In this document: positions 8,434 to 18,700 of the stretch, piece by piece
Position numbering within the stretch: position 1 is the first letter of the stretch
Layout: each line of letters opens with the position of its first letter
DNA from: an uncultured Verrucomicrobiae bacterium
GTDB lineage: Bacteria; Chlamydiota; Chlamydiia; Chlamydiales; Rhabdochlamydiaceae
Direction of reading: 5' to 3'
NCBI GenBank assembly: GCA_963718565.1
Contig: OY970364.1
Location: forward strand, 1,472,001 to 1,536,000
DNA length: 64,000 nucleotides
Notes under the pieces: model-generated
Databases searched by the model: none
What the model was told of the DNA's origin: nothing
What the model saw: only the letters and a program-made list of their open reading frames with translations
Translations under genes and position numbers: made by a program

Positions 8434-9888
8434 ATGATCCCATCTATCCCTAATTCGAACCCCGTCGTTCTAACCTTAGATAAGGTGCCACCCTTCGAGG
8501 CGGTCCCTCAAGAGATAGTCTCTTTCATTCTTGAAAACTCTTTCATTCCTGAAAAATCACTTCTGCCAGGAGTTGTAGCATGTCGATTGACCTGTAAACA
8601 ATGGAACCAGATTCTAAATAATAATGGCCTGTGGGAGAGCTTACTTAAAAATCATTTTCCAAGTGTAGATGTAGATACAAAAACTGTTAAAAATTTTCAT
8701 AATGCTTACCAGGCTTTCCATAATCTTTATTTAAATCTCCCAAAAGAAGTGTATGCTTTGGGCATCCTTCAAGGGCATACAGATACGGTTTACTGCACTG
8801 CCGTCACTGGCAACCTACTCTCTTCAGGCTGTCGTGATGGTACCATCAAGGTCTGGGATACACGAACGGGTGAATGCCTCAGAACTCTTCAAGGGCATAC
8901 AGACGTGGTTTGCCACATTGCCGTCACTGGCGACCTACTCTTTTCAGGCTCTCGTGATGGTACCATCAAGATCTGGAACATACAAACGGGTAAATGGCTC
9001 GGAGATCTTCAAGGGCATACAAACCCGGTTGACTGCCTTGCCTTTGAGGCTAATAGCGAGCAACTCTTTTCAAGCTCTCTTGATCACACCATCAAGGTCT
9101 GGAATACACGAACGGGTGAATGCCTCAGAACTCTTCAAAGGCTTGGATTCGAGGTTTCCTCCATTGCTGTTAATAGCAAGCGATTCTTTTCATCAGGCTC
9201 TTATAATAACGCCATCAATGATGACGCCATCAATGTCTGGGATACACGAACAGGGGAATGCCTCAAAGCTTTTCAAGGGCATACAAGCAAGGTTTACTGC
9301 CTTACCATTACTGGCAACCTACTCTTTTCAGGCTCTCGTGATGGCGCCATCAAGGCATGGGATACACGAACAGGGGAATGCCTCAGAACTTTTCAAGGGC
9401 ATACAAGCACGGTTTACTGCCTTGCCATTACTGGCAAGCTACTCTTTTCAACCTCTTTGGATCGCACCATCAAGGTCTGGGATACACGAACGGGTGAATG
9501 CCTCGGAACTCTTCAAGAGCATATAGGCAGGATTTCCTGCCTTGCCGTTGATGGCGGGAAACTTTTTTTGACTGCTGATAGTAACAACATCGAGAGGCGA
9601 GACTTGACAGCAAGCCAGGACACGATTTTGGAGGAGATTGCGGGCATATTAAAAACAGGGACGACAGCGCAAGCCATCCAGTGCGCTCTTAACCGATTTT
9701 CGAGGATGTCAAACGGGGTAAAAAATGCAATCTACGGAGAGTTATATAAGATTTGCAAGCCTTTCGCTAATGATTATTGGGGATGCGGAGAGCATGCTTT
9801 TCTCAACCAATATGGGCAAAGTTCTACGCCTGATCAACAAGCCCAAGCGATTGAGAATTATTTGAAGGATCGCTCTTTGAATAAATAA
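8434..9888 (+). CDS. F-box/WD40-repeat protein 3
   Basis: F-box VPQEIVSFIL..CRLTCKQW; about 7 WD40 repeats; family C-terminal domain. Confidence 0.9.
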   Translation: MIPSIPNSNPVVLTLDKVPPFEAVPQEIVSFILENSFIPEKSLLPGVVACRLTCKQWNQILNNNGLWESLLKNHFPSVDVDTKTVKNFHNAYQAFHNLYLNLPKEVYALGILQGHTDTVYCTAVTGNLLSSGCRDGTIKVWDTRTGECLRTLQGHTDVVCHIAVTGDLLFSGSRDGTIKIWNIQTGKWLGDLQGHTNPVDCLAFEANSEQLFSSSLDHTIKVWNTRTGECLRTLQRLGFEVSSIAVNSKRFFSSGSYNNAINDDAINVWDTRTGECLKAFQGHTSKVYCLTITGNLLFSGSRDGAIKAWDTRTGECLRTFQGHTSTVYCLAITGKLLFSTSLDRTIKVWDTRTGECLGTLQEHIGRISCLAVDGGKLFLTADSNNIERRDLTASQDTILEEIAGILKTGTTAQAIQCALNRFSRMSNGVKNAIYGELYKICKPFANDYWGCGEHAFLNQYGQSSTPDQQAQAIENYLKDRSLNK

Positions 9889-9959
9889 AAAACTTAAACC
9901 AAGAACGTAAATTTATGACTTCATTTATCCCTGGTTCAGACAGCGTTGTCGTTGAGATA

Positions 9960-11446
9960 GGTAGTGTAACATTGTTTCTGTAAATTCAATTTTTCAAGAA
10001 AGTGTTTTGATAATTGAAAAAAAAGTTTGAGATCACATTCTCTTAAGTTTAGACAAACAAACAAAAGGAGAGGTTATGATCTCAAACAGCACATATGCCC
10101 CTGTAATCAACGCATTAGTGGAAGAACTCGGACAACAAGGCTTACACGGCCTCAGCGAACTCTTGAGCAGGCTCTTCAATGAATTAATGAAGACCGAACG
10201 AGAGCAGGTTCTTCAAGCTGGTCCATATGAGCGGACAGAGGCTAGAAAAGGTTATGCTAATGGTTTTAAAGATAAAACGGTACAGACTCGTTTTGGAAAA
10301 TTAGAACTCCAGGTTCCACAAACTCGAGAGATTGCATTCTACCCACAGTGCTTAGAGAAGGGAGAGCGATCAGAAAGGGCATTAAAATTGGCAATTGCAG
10401 AAATGTATGTTCAGGGTGTTTCAACGCGGCGAATAGCTCCAATTGCAAAAGAGCTGTGCGGCTTTGATTTGAGTTCAACCCAAGTTTCTCGGGTTGCAAT
10501 GATTCTCGATGAGGAGCTTGAAAAATTCCGCAGGAGAAATTTAGGTCACATCGTTTATCTTTATCTCGATGCCGATTATCAAAAGGTGAGACACGATGGA
10601 CACGTCAGAGACATTGCAGTACTAAAAGCTGTTGGAGTGAACAAAGATGGATTTCGAGAAGTGCTTGGCATTTCATGCAGTTTATCTGAGGCCGAAGTGC
10701 ATTGGAGGACATTCCTGGAAGACTTACTCTCTCGAGGATTAAGAGGAGTAGAAATGGTGATTAGCGATGATCACTCTGGGCTAAAAGCTGCACTAAGGGC
10801 AGTGCTTCCATCGGTTCCTTGGCAGCGCTGTCTTTTTCATCTTGCTCAAAACGCTCAAAGCTATGTCCCAAACACGGCAATGCGAGGAGAAATTGCACAA
10901 GCGGTACGAGATGTTTATCAAGCCTTGAATCAACAAGAGGCTGAAAAACGAGTTAAGGAAACAGTGCAAAGATATGAAAAAAGAGCGCCCAAATTTTGCA
11001 ATTGGTTTGAAATCAATGCAATTGAGGCAATGACATTTTATCATCGGCCAAGAAGGCACTGGAAACAGATAAGGACTGTTAATATTGTTGAAAGGCTTAA
11101 TGGAGAGATTAAGCGGCGAACAAGAGTAGCAAGATTATTTCCCAATGAAGCGTCTTGTGAAAGATTGGTCACTGCCGTGGTATCTGAGATACACGATGAA
11201 TGGATAAGCGGAAAGAGGTATTTGACGTTAGAATAAAATATTGAGGAAAACAACGCTAACACCGATGGAACACTTTTTGTTTAGGGGTGAATTATCTGGC
11301 ATAAAAAAGTGTCAGATTCGAAAAATTTTTCCTCAAAAGCAAAGTAAAAAGCCGAAGCGTCTCTGACGCGAGAGGCCGTTTTTATAGTAAGAAATTGACC
11401 TAAGTGAAGAAGATTTCAGATTTTACAGAAAAATTGTTGCTTGATC
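9960..11446 (+). mobile_element. IS256-family insertion sequence (1487 bp)
   Basis: Imperfect 25-bp TIR ending TTTCTGTAAA; 9-bp TSD GTTGAGATA at 9951-9959 and 11447-11455. Confidence 0.93.
10076..11236 (+). CDS. IS256-family transposase
   Basis: GYANG..TRFG.LELQVP, MYVQGVSTR, LYLDA, VISDDHSGL, WQRCLFH, RTVNIVERLNGEIKRR. Confidence 0.95.
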   Translation: MISNSTYAPVINALVEELGQQGLHGLSELLSRLFNELMKTEREQVLQAGPYERTEARKGYANGFKDKTVQTRFGKLELQVPQTREIAFYPQCLEKGERSERALKLAIAEMYVQGVSTRRIAPIAKELCGFDLSSTQVSRVAMILDEELEKFRRRNLGHIVYLYLDADYQKVRHDGHVRDIAVLKAVGVNKDGFREVLGISCSLSEAEVHWRTFLEDLLSRGLRGVEMVISDDHSGLKAALRAVLPSVPWQRCLFHLAQNAQSYVPNTAMRGEIAQAVRDVYQALNQQEAEKRVKETVQRYEKRAPKFCNWFEINAIEAMTFYHRPRRHWKQIRTVNIVERLNGEIKRRTRVARLFPNEASCERLVTAVVSEIHDEWISGKRYLTLE

Positions 11447-13065
11447 GTTGAGATACCGCAATCGCAGGACAACACTCTACTAGCCTTAAGTGGGGGTATA
11501 CAACTCTCCAACCTCAAATGTGCCGCCCTTCGATGCGCTCCCTCAAGAGATAATCTCTCTCATTCTTAAAAAATTACCTCTGCTAGAAATTGTAGCATGT
11601 CGATTGACCTGTAAACAATGGAACCAGATTCTAAATAATAATGGCCTGTGGGAGAGCTTACTTAAAAATCATTTTCCAAGTGTAGATGTAGATACAAAAA
11701 CTGTTAAAAATTTTCATAGCGCTTACCAGACCTTCCATAATCTTTATTTAAATCTTACAAAAGAAGTGTATGCTTCGCAGATCCTTCAAGGGCATGAAGG
11801 CGGGGTTTTCTGCCTTGCCGTTCATGTTAATGGAGGACTACTCTCTTCAGGCTCTTTGAATGGTATCATCAAGGTCTGGGATACAACAGGTGAATGCCTC
11901 AACACTCTTCAAGGGCATACAAGCGCGGTTCACTGCCTTGCCGTTGATGTTAATAGAGGACTACTCTTTTCAGGCTCTTTTGATGGCACCATCAAGATCT
12001 GGAACATACAAACGGGTGAATGCCTCGGAACTCTTGGGCATGGAAACGCGGTTCACTGCCTTACCGTTGATGTTGATAGCGGGAAACTCTTTTCAGCCTC
12101 TTTGGATGGCACCATCAAGGTCTGGAACATACAAACGGGTGAATTCAAAACTCTTCAAGAGCATGGAAACGCAGTTTACTGCCTTGCCGTTGATGTTAAT
12201 AGCGGGAAACTCTTTTCAGCCTCTTTGGATGGCACCATCAAGGTCTGGGACATACAAACGGGCAAATGCCTCAAAACCTTTCAAGAGCATCAAGAAGGCC
12301 CGGTTCACTGTCTTATCGTTGATGTTAAAAAAGGGCTACTCTTTTCAGGCTCTTTTGATGGCACCATCAAGGTCTGGGACATACAAACGGGTAAATGCCT
12401 CAGAATTCTTGGACATACAGGCACGGTTTACCGCCTTGTCGTTGATGCTAATAGCGGGCTACTCTTTTCAGCCTCTTTGGGCCGCACCATCAAGGTCTGG
12501 GACATACAAACGGGCGAATGCCTCGGAACTCTTCAAGGGCATGAAGGCGATCATTGCTGCATTGCCGTTATCGGCGGGCGACTTTTTGTAGGTACTGGTA
12601 ACAACATCGAGAAGCGAGACTTGACAGCAAGCCAGGACACGATTTTGGAGGAGATTGCGGGCATATTAAAAACAGGGACGACAGCGCAAGCCATCCAGTG
12701 CGCTCTTAACCGATTTTCGAGGATGTCAAACGGGGTAAAAAATGCAATCTACGGAGAGTTATATAAGATTTGCAAGCCTTTCGCTAATGATTATTGGGGA
12801 TGCGGAGAGCATGCTTTTCTCAACCAATATGGGCAAAGTTCTACGCCTGATCAACAAGCCCAAGCGATTGAGAATTATTTGAAGGATCGCTCTTTGAATA
12901 AATAAAAACCTTAATGGTTAGGATCATTTTTCTATTTACAATATAGCCGATTTTAAAAAATTTGCTTTTAAAATAAATTATTTTAATAGTTGAATAAAAA
13001 CTTTAAATTAAGTTATGACCCCATCTATAAATTACTCAGAACGACCTTAAATAAAGGTGTAAATT

Positions 13066-14604
13066 ATGGCCCTATCTATAAATTGTTCAAAAAGTCATTC
13101 AAACAATTTTTTCATTATGCCGGAATGGATTGGAGAGTTGTGGCGAAGCAGCTACTGCATAGCCAACGCAGCCAAAAACCAACTTTTCAACCCATCCCGA
13201 TGTACTATACCGCAGGGCAATAATCCAGCTTTAAAATTATACGTAGATGTACTCTTGCAAATTTTTAAGAACTTATCTGGACAGGACATTAGAACATGTG
13301 AGTTGGTCTGTAAATACTGGAACCGGATGCTAAATGAGGATCGTCTCTGGCAAGGATTACTTGAAAATCACTTTCCAGGTATGAGTCTACATCCAAGCAG
13401 CACTAAAAATTTTCGGAACATTTACCACACTCTTCACACTTTTTATTTAAAACTTACAAAAGGAGTGTATGCCTCGCACACCCTTCACGGACATGGAAAT
13501 ATGGTTTCGTCCCTTGTTTTTTTTGGTGGAGTACTCTTTTCAAGCTCTTGGGATCACACCGTCAGGGCCTGGGACATAAAAACCGGTAAGTGTATAGCGA
13601 TTCTTCAAGGGCATGGGAGCTCAGTTTCCTGCCTTGCCGTTTCTGATGATGGGAAACTTCTCTTTTCAGGCTCTTGCGATGGCACAATCAAATTCTGGGA
13701 GATAAAAAAGGTCAAGGATATAAAAACAGGTGAATCTATCAAAACATATGAATGCATCGCCACTCTTCAAGGGCATAGAGGCGCGATTTCCTGTCTTGAC
13801 TTTGCCGATGGGAAGCTCTTTTCAGGCGGCTGTGGAGATAACACCATCAAAGTCTGGGATGTAAAAACCGGTAAGTGCATAGAGGTTCTTCAAGGGCAGG
13901 AAAGTGCAATTTCCTCCCTTAAGCTTGTTGACGGGAAACTCTTTTCGGGTTCCCGGAATGGCACAATCAAAATCTGGGATATAAAAACAGGTAAATCCCT
14001 AGCGACTTTTCAGGCGCATACACAGCAGATTTTTCATCTTGCCTTTGCTGACGGTAAACTCTTTTCAAGCTCTTACAATGATGGAAATGAAATCAAGGTT
14101 TGGAATATAGAAACCGGTAAGTGTATAGCGACTCTTCGAGGGCATAGAAACTCCATTTCCGGCCTTATCGTTACTAACGGGAAACTCCTTTCGGGCTCTT
14201 TAGATGACACAATCAAGATCTGGGATATTCAAACAAATGAATGCATAGCGACCCTTCGAGGGTATGGGAGCATGGTTTCGTGTCTTACCTTTGCTAACGG
14301 GAAACTCTTTTTGGGCTCTTTATATAGCCCAATCAAGATTTTGGACTTTGCAGCAGAGTACACAACGATTTTTTATCAAATTGTTGGGCTGTTAAAAACA
14401 GAGGAATCGCAAACCACTCAACAAGCCCTCCAGCGATTTTCAAACATGCCGCCGGCAGCAAAAAGTACAATCTACAAAAAGCTGTATGAGGGATGTAAAG
14501 AAGATACTTCTCACAATCCACTTTGGCAAAGCGCTTCGCCCGCTCGACAAGCTCAAGCGATCATGGATTATTTGAAGGATCAGCCTCTTAAGCTCTCTTC
14601 GTGA
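13066..14604 (+). CDS. F-box/WD40-repeat protein 5 (more divergent)
   Basis: F-box DVLLQIFKNL..CELVCKYW; about 7 WD40 repeats; divergent family C-terminal domain. Confidence 0.88.
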   Translation: MALSINCSKSHSNNFFIMPEWIGELWRSSYCIANAAKNQLFNPSRCTIPQGNNPALKLYVDVLLQIFKNLSGQDIRTCELVCKYWNRMLNEDRLWQGLLENHFPGMSLHPSSTKNFRNIYHTLHTFYLKLTKGVYASHTLHGHGNMVSSLVFFGGVLFSSSWDHTVRAWDIKTGKCIAILQGHGSSVSCLAVSDDGKLLFSGSCDGTIKFWEIKKVKDIKTGESIKTYECIATLQGHRGAISCLDFADGKLFSGGCGDNTIKVWDVKTGKCIEVLQGQESAISSLKLVDGKLFSGSRNGTIKIWDIKTGKSLATFQAHTQQIFHLAFADGKLFSSSYNDGNEIKVWNIETGKCIATLRGHRNSISGLIVTNGKLLSGSLDDTIKIWDIQTNECIATLRGYGSMVSCLTFANGKLFLGSLYSPIKILDFAAEYTTIFYQIVGLLKTEESQTTQQALQRFSNMPPAAKSTIYKKLYEGCKEDTSHNPLWQSASPARQAQAIMDYLKDQPLKLSS

Positions 14605-15568
14605 TGGTGATAACAAGTGCTTGGTCTCCGCTGAAATAGGCGCAAGTTTTAGGGACAGCGATGAAGATCTCTTCCTCATGATAGTCGAGGTCCGGATTTG
14701 TGATGATCTCATTGACAAATTTTTCATCTTGGTATTTAGAAACCGGGCTGCTTAAAAAACACGAAAACCGCGAATTTTCACGCATATGGGATGCCAGACA
14801 CTGATTTAAAAAAGTGAACAGGCGTTCATTAGGGCTTGCGATTGAGGATTTTTTTTCCGATGTTTTCATCAGGATATCCATCTCTCCTTGCGTGATTTTT
14901 CTTGTTCGAACAAGGCCATCGAGGAAGTGCTGAAGCTGCTTTTCTGAAATTTGCGCACGTTCATAAAGCTCCTTGAAGAACCTGGCCAATTGTTGGACTT
15001 GATGCCTCTGATCAAGAGGGATGTCTCGCATCAAACCATGAAGATCCTCATCGGAATATTTGATCTCCGCAAGATCAGGGAAAGTCTTTTCCACTTCTTT
15101 CAGAAGTTGCTCTCCTTTTTTAAGCAAAAACTCGGAGCGCACACTCTCTTCTTGGATCTTTTGCATTTCTTGCCCGCTTTGCAAAGGATAGTCATCGAAA
15201 AAGATCCCATCGAATACTCCTAAATTCGGCAAAGCATGCTGCCAAGTGTCTTCGATAATGATGACGTTGGGATAGCGCCTCGCCCACTCTCTTGCGCGTG
15301 CAGCAACCACAGGATGATATTCGATGATGGTATGGCTCTTGGGATGATAGCTTTGAATACGTTCTGAAGAATAGCCGAGTCCAAATCCGATCTCGAGAAT
15401 ATCGCCAAAGGGTTTCAATGCATCGATGCACGCATGCATGTACGGTTTTTCCCATTCCATCATCACTTGAAATTTTCCGTCTTTGAGCAAAATCTCTTTT
15501 CCTTGCTCATCTTTCTTGTATTCCATCTTGCAATGTGAAAAATCTTGTGTCATCTTGTGAAACTCCAT
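14588..15568 (-). CDS. Class I SAM-dependent methyltransferase, RMT2/GAMT-like
   Basis: VMMEWEKPYM, DILEIGFGLG, HTIIEYHP, FDGIFFDDYP. Confidence 0.8.
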   Translation of the reverse strand: MEFHKMTQDFSHCKMEYKKDEQGKEILLKDGKFQVMMEWEKPYMHACIDALKPFGDILEIGFGLGYSSERIQSYHPKSHTIIEYHPVVAARAREWARRYPNVIIIEDTWQHALPNLGVFDGIFFDDYPLQSGQEMQKIQEESVRSEFLLKKGEQLLKEVEKTFPDLAEIKYSDEDLHGLMRDIPLDQRHQVQQLARFFKELYERAQISEKQLQHFLDGLVRTRKITQGEMDILMKTSEKKSSIASPNERLFTFLNQCLASHMRENSRFSCFLSSPVSKYQDEKFVNEIITNPDLDYHEEEIFIAVPKTCAYFSGDQALVITITKRA

Positions 15569-15731
15569 TTACAATAATCCAAAAAGTATTTTAGGATTCA
15601 CTACAACTCATTTTAATTTTTACGTTGAAGCCATGAAAAAACAATTTTTAAAAAACCAAAAGAAGGCTCTCAAAGGATCAACGATTACCATGATGAACTC
15701 TAAGGATAATAATACTGGGGTCTTTTAAGCC

Positions 15732-18700
15732 ATGAAAGAATTTCGGAAGCGCTACTGGTATGAAGTTGCCCTATGTGCCTCCTTTTTTTCTCTGATTTAT
15801 TCTCCGATTGCCTACACTGCGGATATTGAGGAGAAACTGATCGCGGCGGATGTTCAGTCAAACATCGATGTCGATAAAGATACCTACACAGTCAATTTCA
15901 ATAATATTTCCATCATCGAATTCATCCGTTTTGCCAGTAAAATCACCAATTTAAACTTTGTTTTCGATGAGGGAGACCTTCAATTCACCGTGACCGTGGT
16001 CTCTGAAGAGGCAATTTCAGCAAAAAATGTGATGTCTGCGCTCTCTCAAGTGCTCCGGATGCACGATCTGATCCTGCTTGAACAAGATGGCAATGTGTTG
16101 ATCACTAAAAGCACAAAAGTCAATCAAATCCCGCCGATTGTCTCCGGTGATCTTCCAGAGTCGAAAGCAAGCAATGCTGCATTGATTACCCGAGTTTTTC
16201 GCCTTAAAAATGCCAATGTGGGCACGGTTGCAGGTATTATCCGTCCCATGTGTTCTGACACTGCTTTAATCGAAGTTTCTGCGGAGACAAGGCAACTAAT
16301 TGTCACAGACGTGACGACAAACGTCGAACAAATTGCCTCATTGCTCACAAGTCTGGATGCCCCGCATACACCGCTTGATGTCGAAACCTATGTGGTCAAG
16401 AATATCCCTCCGCAAGACCTGATCGCAATGACCCAGCAGATTCTGAACCCATTTACTGAGGGCAATCCCCTCCTTTTAGTTCCTCAAAATGACACGAATT
16501 CTATCTTTGTCGTTTCGACTCCCTATTTGATCGAACGCGCGATGACCGTGTTGGAAGATTTGGACATTCCGGCCAAGTCGGTCGTCATCAGCAGACAATC
16601 GATGACGGGCAAAAACATCTTTTTATATCAAACAGTCCATCGCTCCGTCGAGGAATTGATGCGCGAACTGGCGCAGGTCAATCAACAATTGAAAAGCATG
16701 GGCGGGCCTCAGACTTCCCTTCAAATTGCCATTGGCGGTGTACAGCCTATTCAGAATACCAATTCCTTGATGTTCGTTGCGGATTCTGACACAACAGCTA
16801 CCCTCAAAGGGATTTTAGCCTCTCTCGACACCCCTGCCACAGGGAAGACTTCCTTCTACATTTACAAAATTCAAAAAGCGCAACCCTCGCAAATTGAAGA
16901 ATCGCTTAAACTCATGGTCGATCGTCTCGAATCGGCTCCGCGACCCGATGAAGACTTGATCGATGCCATCAATAGCATGCGATGGATCAAAGAGACGAAT
17001 TCGCTCATCTTTACGGGATCAGACCCCGCTCTGAAAAGGTTGCAAGAAATCGTTCCTACCTTTGATGTCAGCCCTTATCAAGCCCTCTCTGGAGCTCAGG
17101 CACAAGCAAAATCGACATTTTTGATTTACAATCCTCAATACCGTTCTGGCGAGGAACTGAGTTCTGAGCTCGAAGATATCGGTAAAAATTTAAAAGATTC
17201 TGAGCTGGCCGATCCTTCTTTTTTGCAAACATTGGATTCCATGAAATGGGTCTCCACTACCAACTCTTTAGTCTTTACCGGGGATCCGCAGTCGATTGAA
17301 AGGGTTAATGTCATTTTGAAATCATTAGATACACCCACCCTTCCCGTCAGTAAAGCTGCACAGGTCTTCATTTATAAGCCGCAATACGTCTCTTCTGACC
17401 AGATCCAAAATGCATTGGATAGTCTTGTCCCTTCTCTACAAGCCACCAATTCCCTTTCTGATCAAAACCTGATTCACGCTATTCAATCGTTGCAGTGGAA
17501 TAGCGAGACGCAATCGTTCATGGTGACCTCTGATGGGACGACCATTGAACGTTTGAAAGGCCTGCTAGCTTCCATTGATACTGGACAAGCGCCTGCAGCT
17601 GCGCTAGCAAAAGGCTTTTTTCTCTACAAGTTGCAATATGCTCATTGCGATACCGTTCTCGAACAGTTAAAAAATATCGCTTCAAAACTCCCTGCAAACA
17701 CGTTACAAAACCAAAATCTCATCCATGCGATCCATAGGACCGAATGCATCAAAGAAAACAACTCTCTTTTGATCACAGGACCATCTGCAGCGATCGAACA
17801 GGAAAAAACACTGATCGCAGAATTCGACTCTTCAACAGGCGCTCCTGGGGGAGCACACTCCTTCTTCATCTACAAACCTAAATATCTTCCTCCAGAAGAA
17901 ATCGAAGCGGCATTAAATGATTTAGCAGAGGATTTACAGGCTTCCGGGCTCAATGACCCCGCCCTTTTTCAAACCTTGAAGACAATGCGCTATGTCCCTC
18001 AGACCAATTCCCTTCTATTCACTGGCAATCAGGAAGGTCTCGATAAAGTTCAAAATCTGATTAACGGAATCGACACAAGTACAGCATTAGGAGCAATCCA
18101 GCGCATTGGCAACCTCACCTTCTTTTTGTATAAGATCCAATACGCCTCTGCCGATAAATTGATTTCTTCTCTAAAAGCTTTTGCACAAGAGCTCACACAA
18201 ACCAACGTCCAAGACAAGCAGCTGGCAGATTCGATTAACAGTGTGAAATGGATTAAGGAGACCAATGCGCTTCTTTTCACAGGCAACAACGACACACTAG
18301 AGCGCATTGAGCAGCTTGTTAAAAAATTCGATATCCCCTCTCTTGGAGGACCAGCTCCTGTAGAGCGCGCTGCGCAGACCTTTGTGATCTACAACCCCAA
18401 GTACTTAAGCGGCGATGAACTCATTTCGATTCTTTGTGACTTCATGCAGAACTTGGTCACTTCGGGCGTTTCCGATCCTGGCTTATTTGATGCGATCAAC
18501 AATCTGAAATGGATTTCCAAAACATCCTCCTTGCTTATTTCCGGAGATAAGCAATCCGTTGAAAAAGTCCAACAATTACTCGTAAAGTTCGATCTTCCAG
18601 GAAAAGAAACGATCACCCCTTCTATTGAATCGATCGATAACACCAGCTTTTTAGTGTATAAATTACAATACCATCCTGGCGACGACATTCAAACAGCTTT

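Larger units (their letters stand above)
9915..12905 (+). pseudogene. F-box/WD40-repeat gene 4, split by IS256 after codon 15 and carrying a +1 frameshift in a G5 run; body ORF 11490..12905 is intact
   Basis: MTSFIPGSDSVVVEI (9915-9959) joins PQSQDNTLLALS (from 11456), homologous to the N-terminus of gene 1; AGTGGGGGTATAC has one extra G versus gene 1. Confidence 0.8.

Noticed and set aside
4507..12591. Long alternate-frame ORFs with repeated APSRSG motifs (4507, 4915, 7156, 7513, 8753, 11860; also 23872 and 23945)
   Set aside because: Shadow frames of the near-identical WD40 repeats; no independent start signals or domain features
12990..13223. 77-aa ORF overlapping the start of gene 5
   Set aside because: Arises from the duplicated leader/start fragment; overlaps the better-supported gene
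4137..14604. Diversity-generating retroelement or CRISPR-like array as explanation of the repeats
   Set aside because: Repeats are in-frame coding units; variation is not adenine-restricted; no RT, template repeat or cas genes in the window
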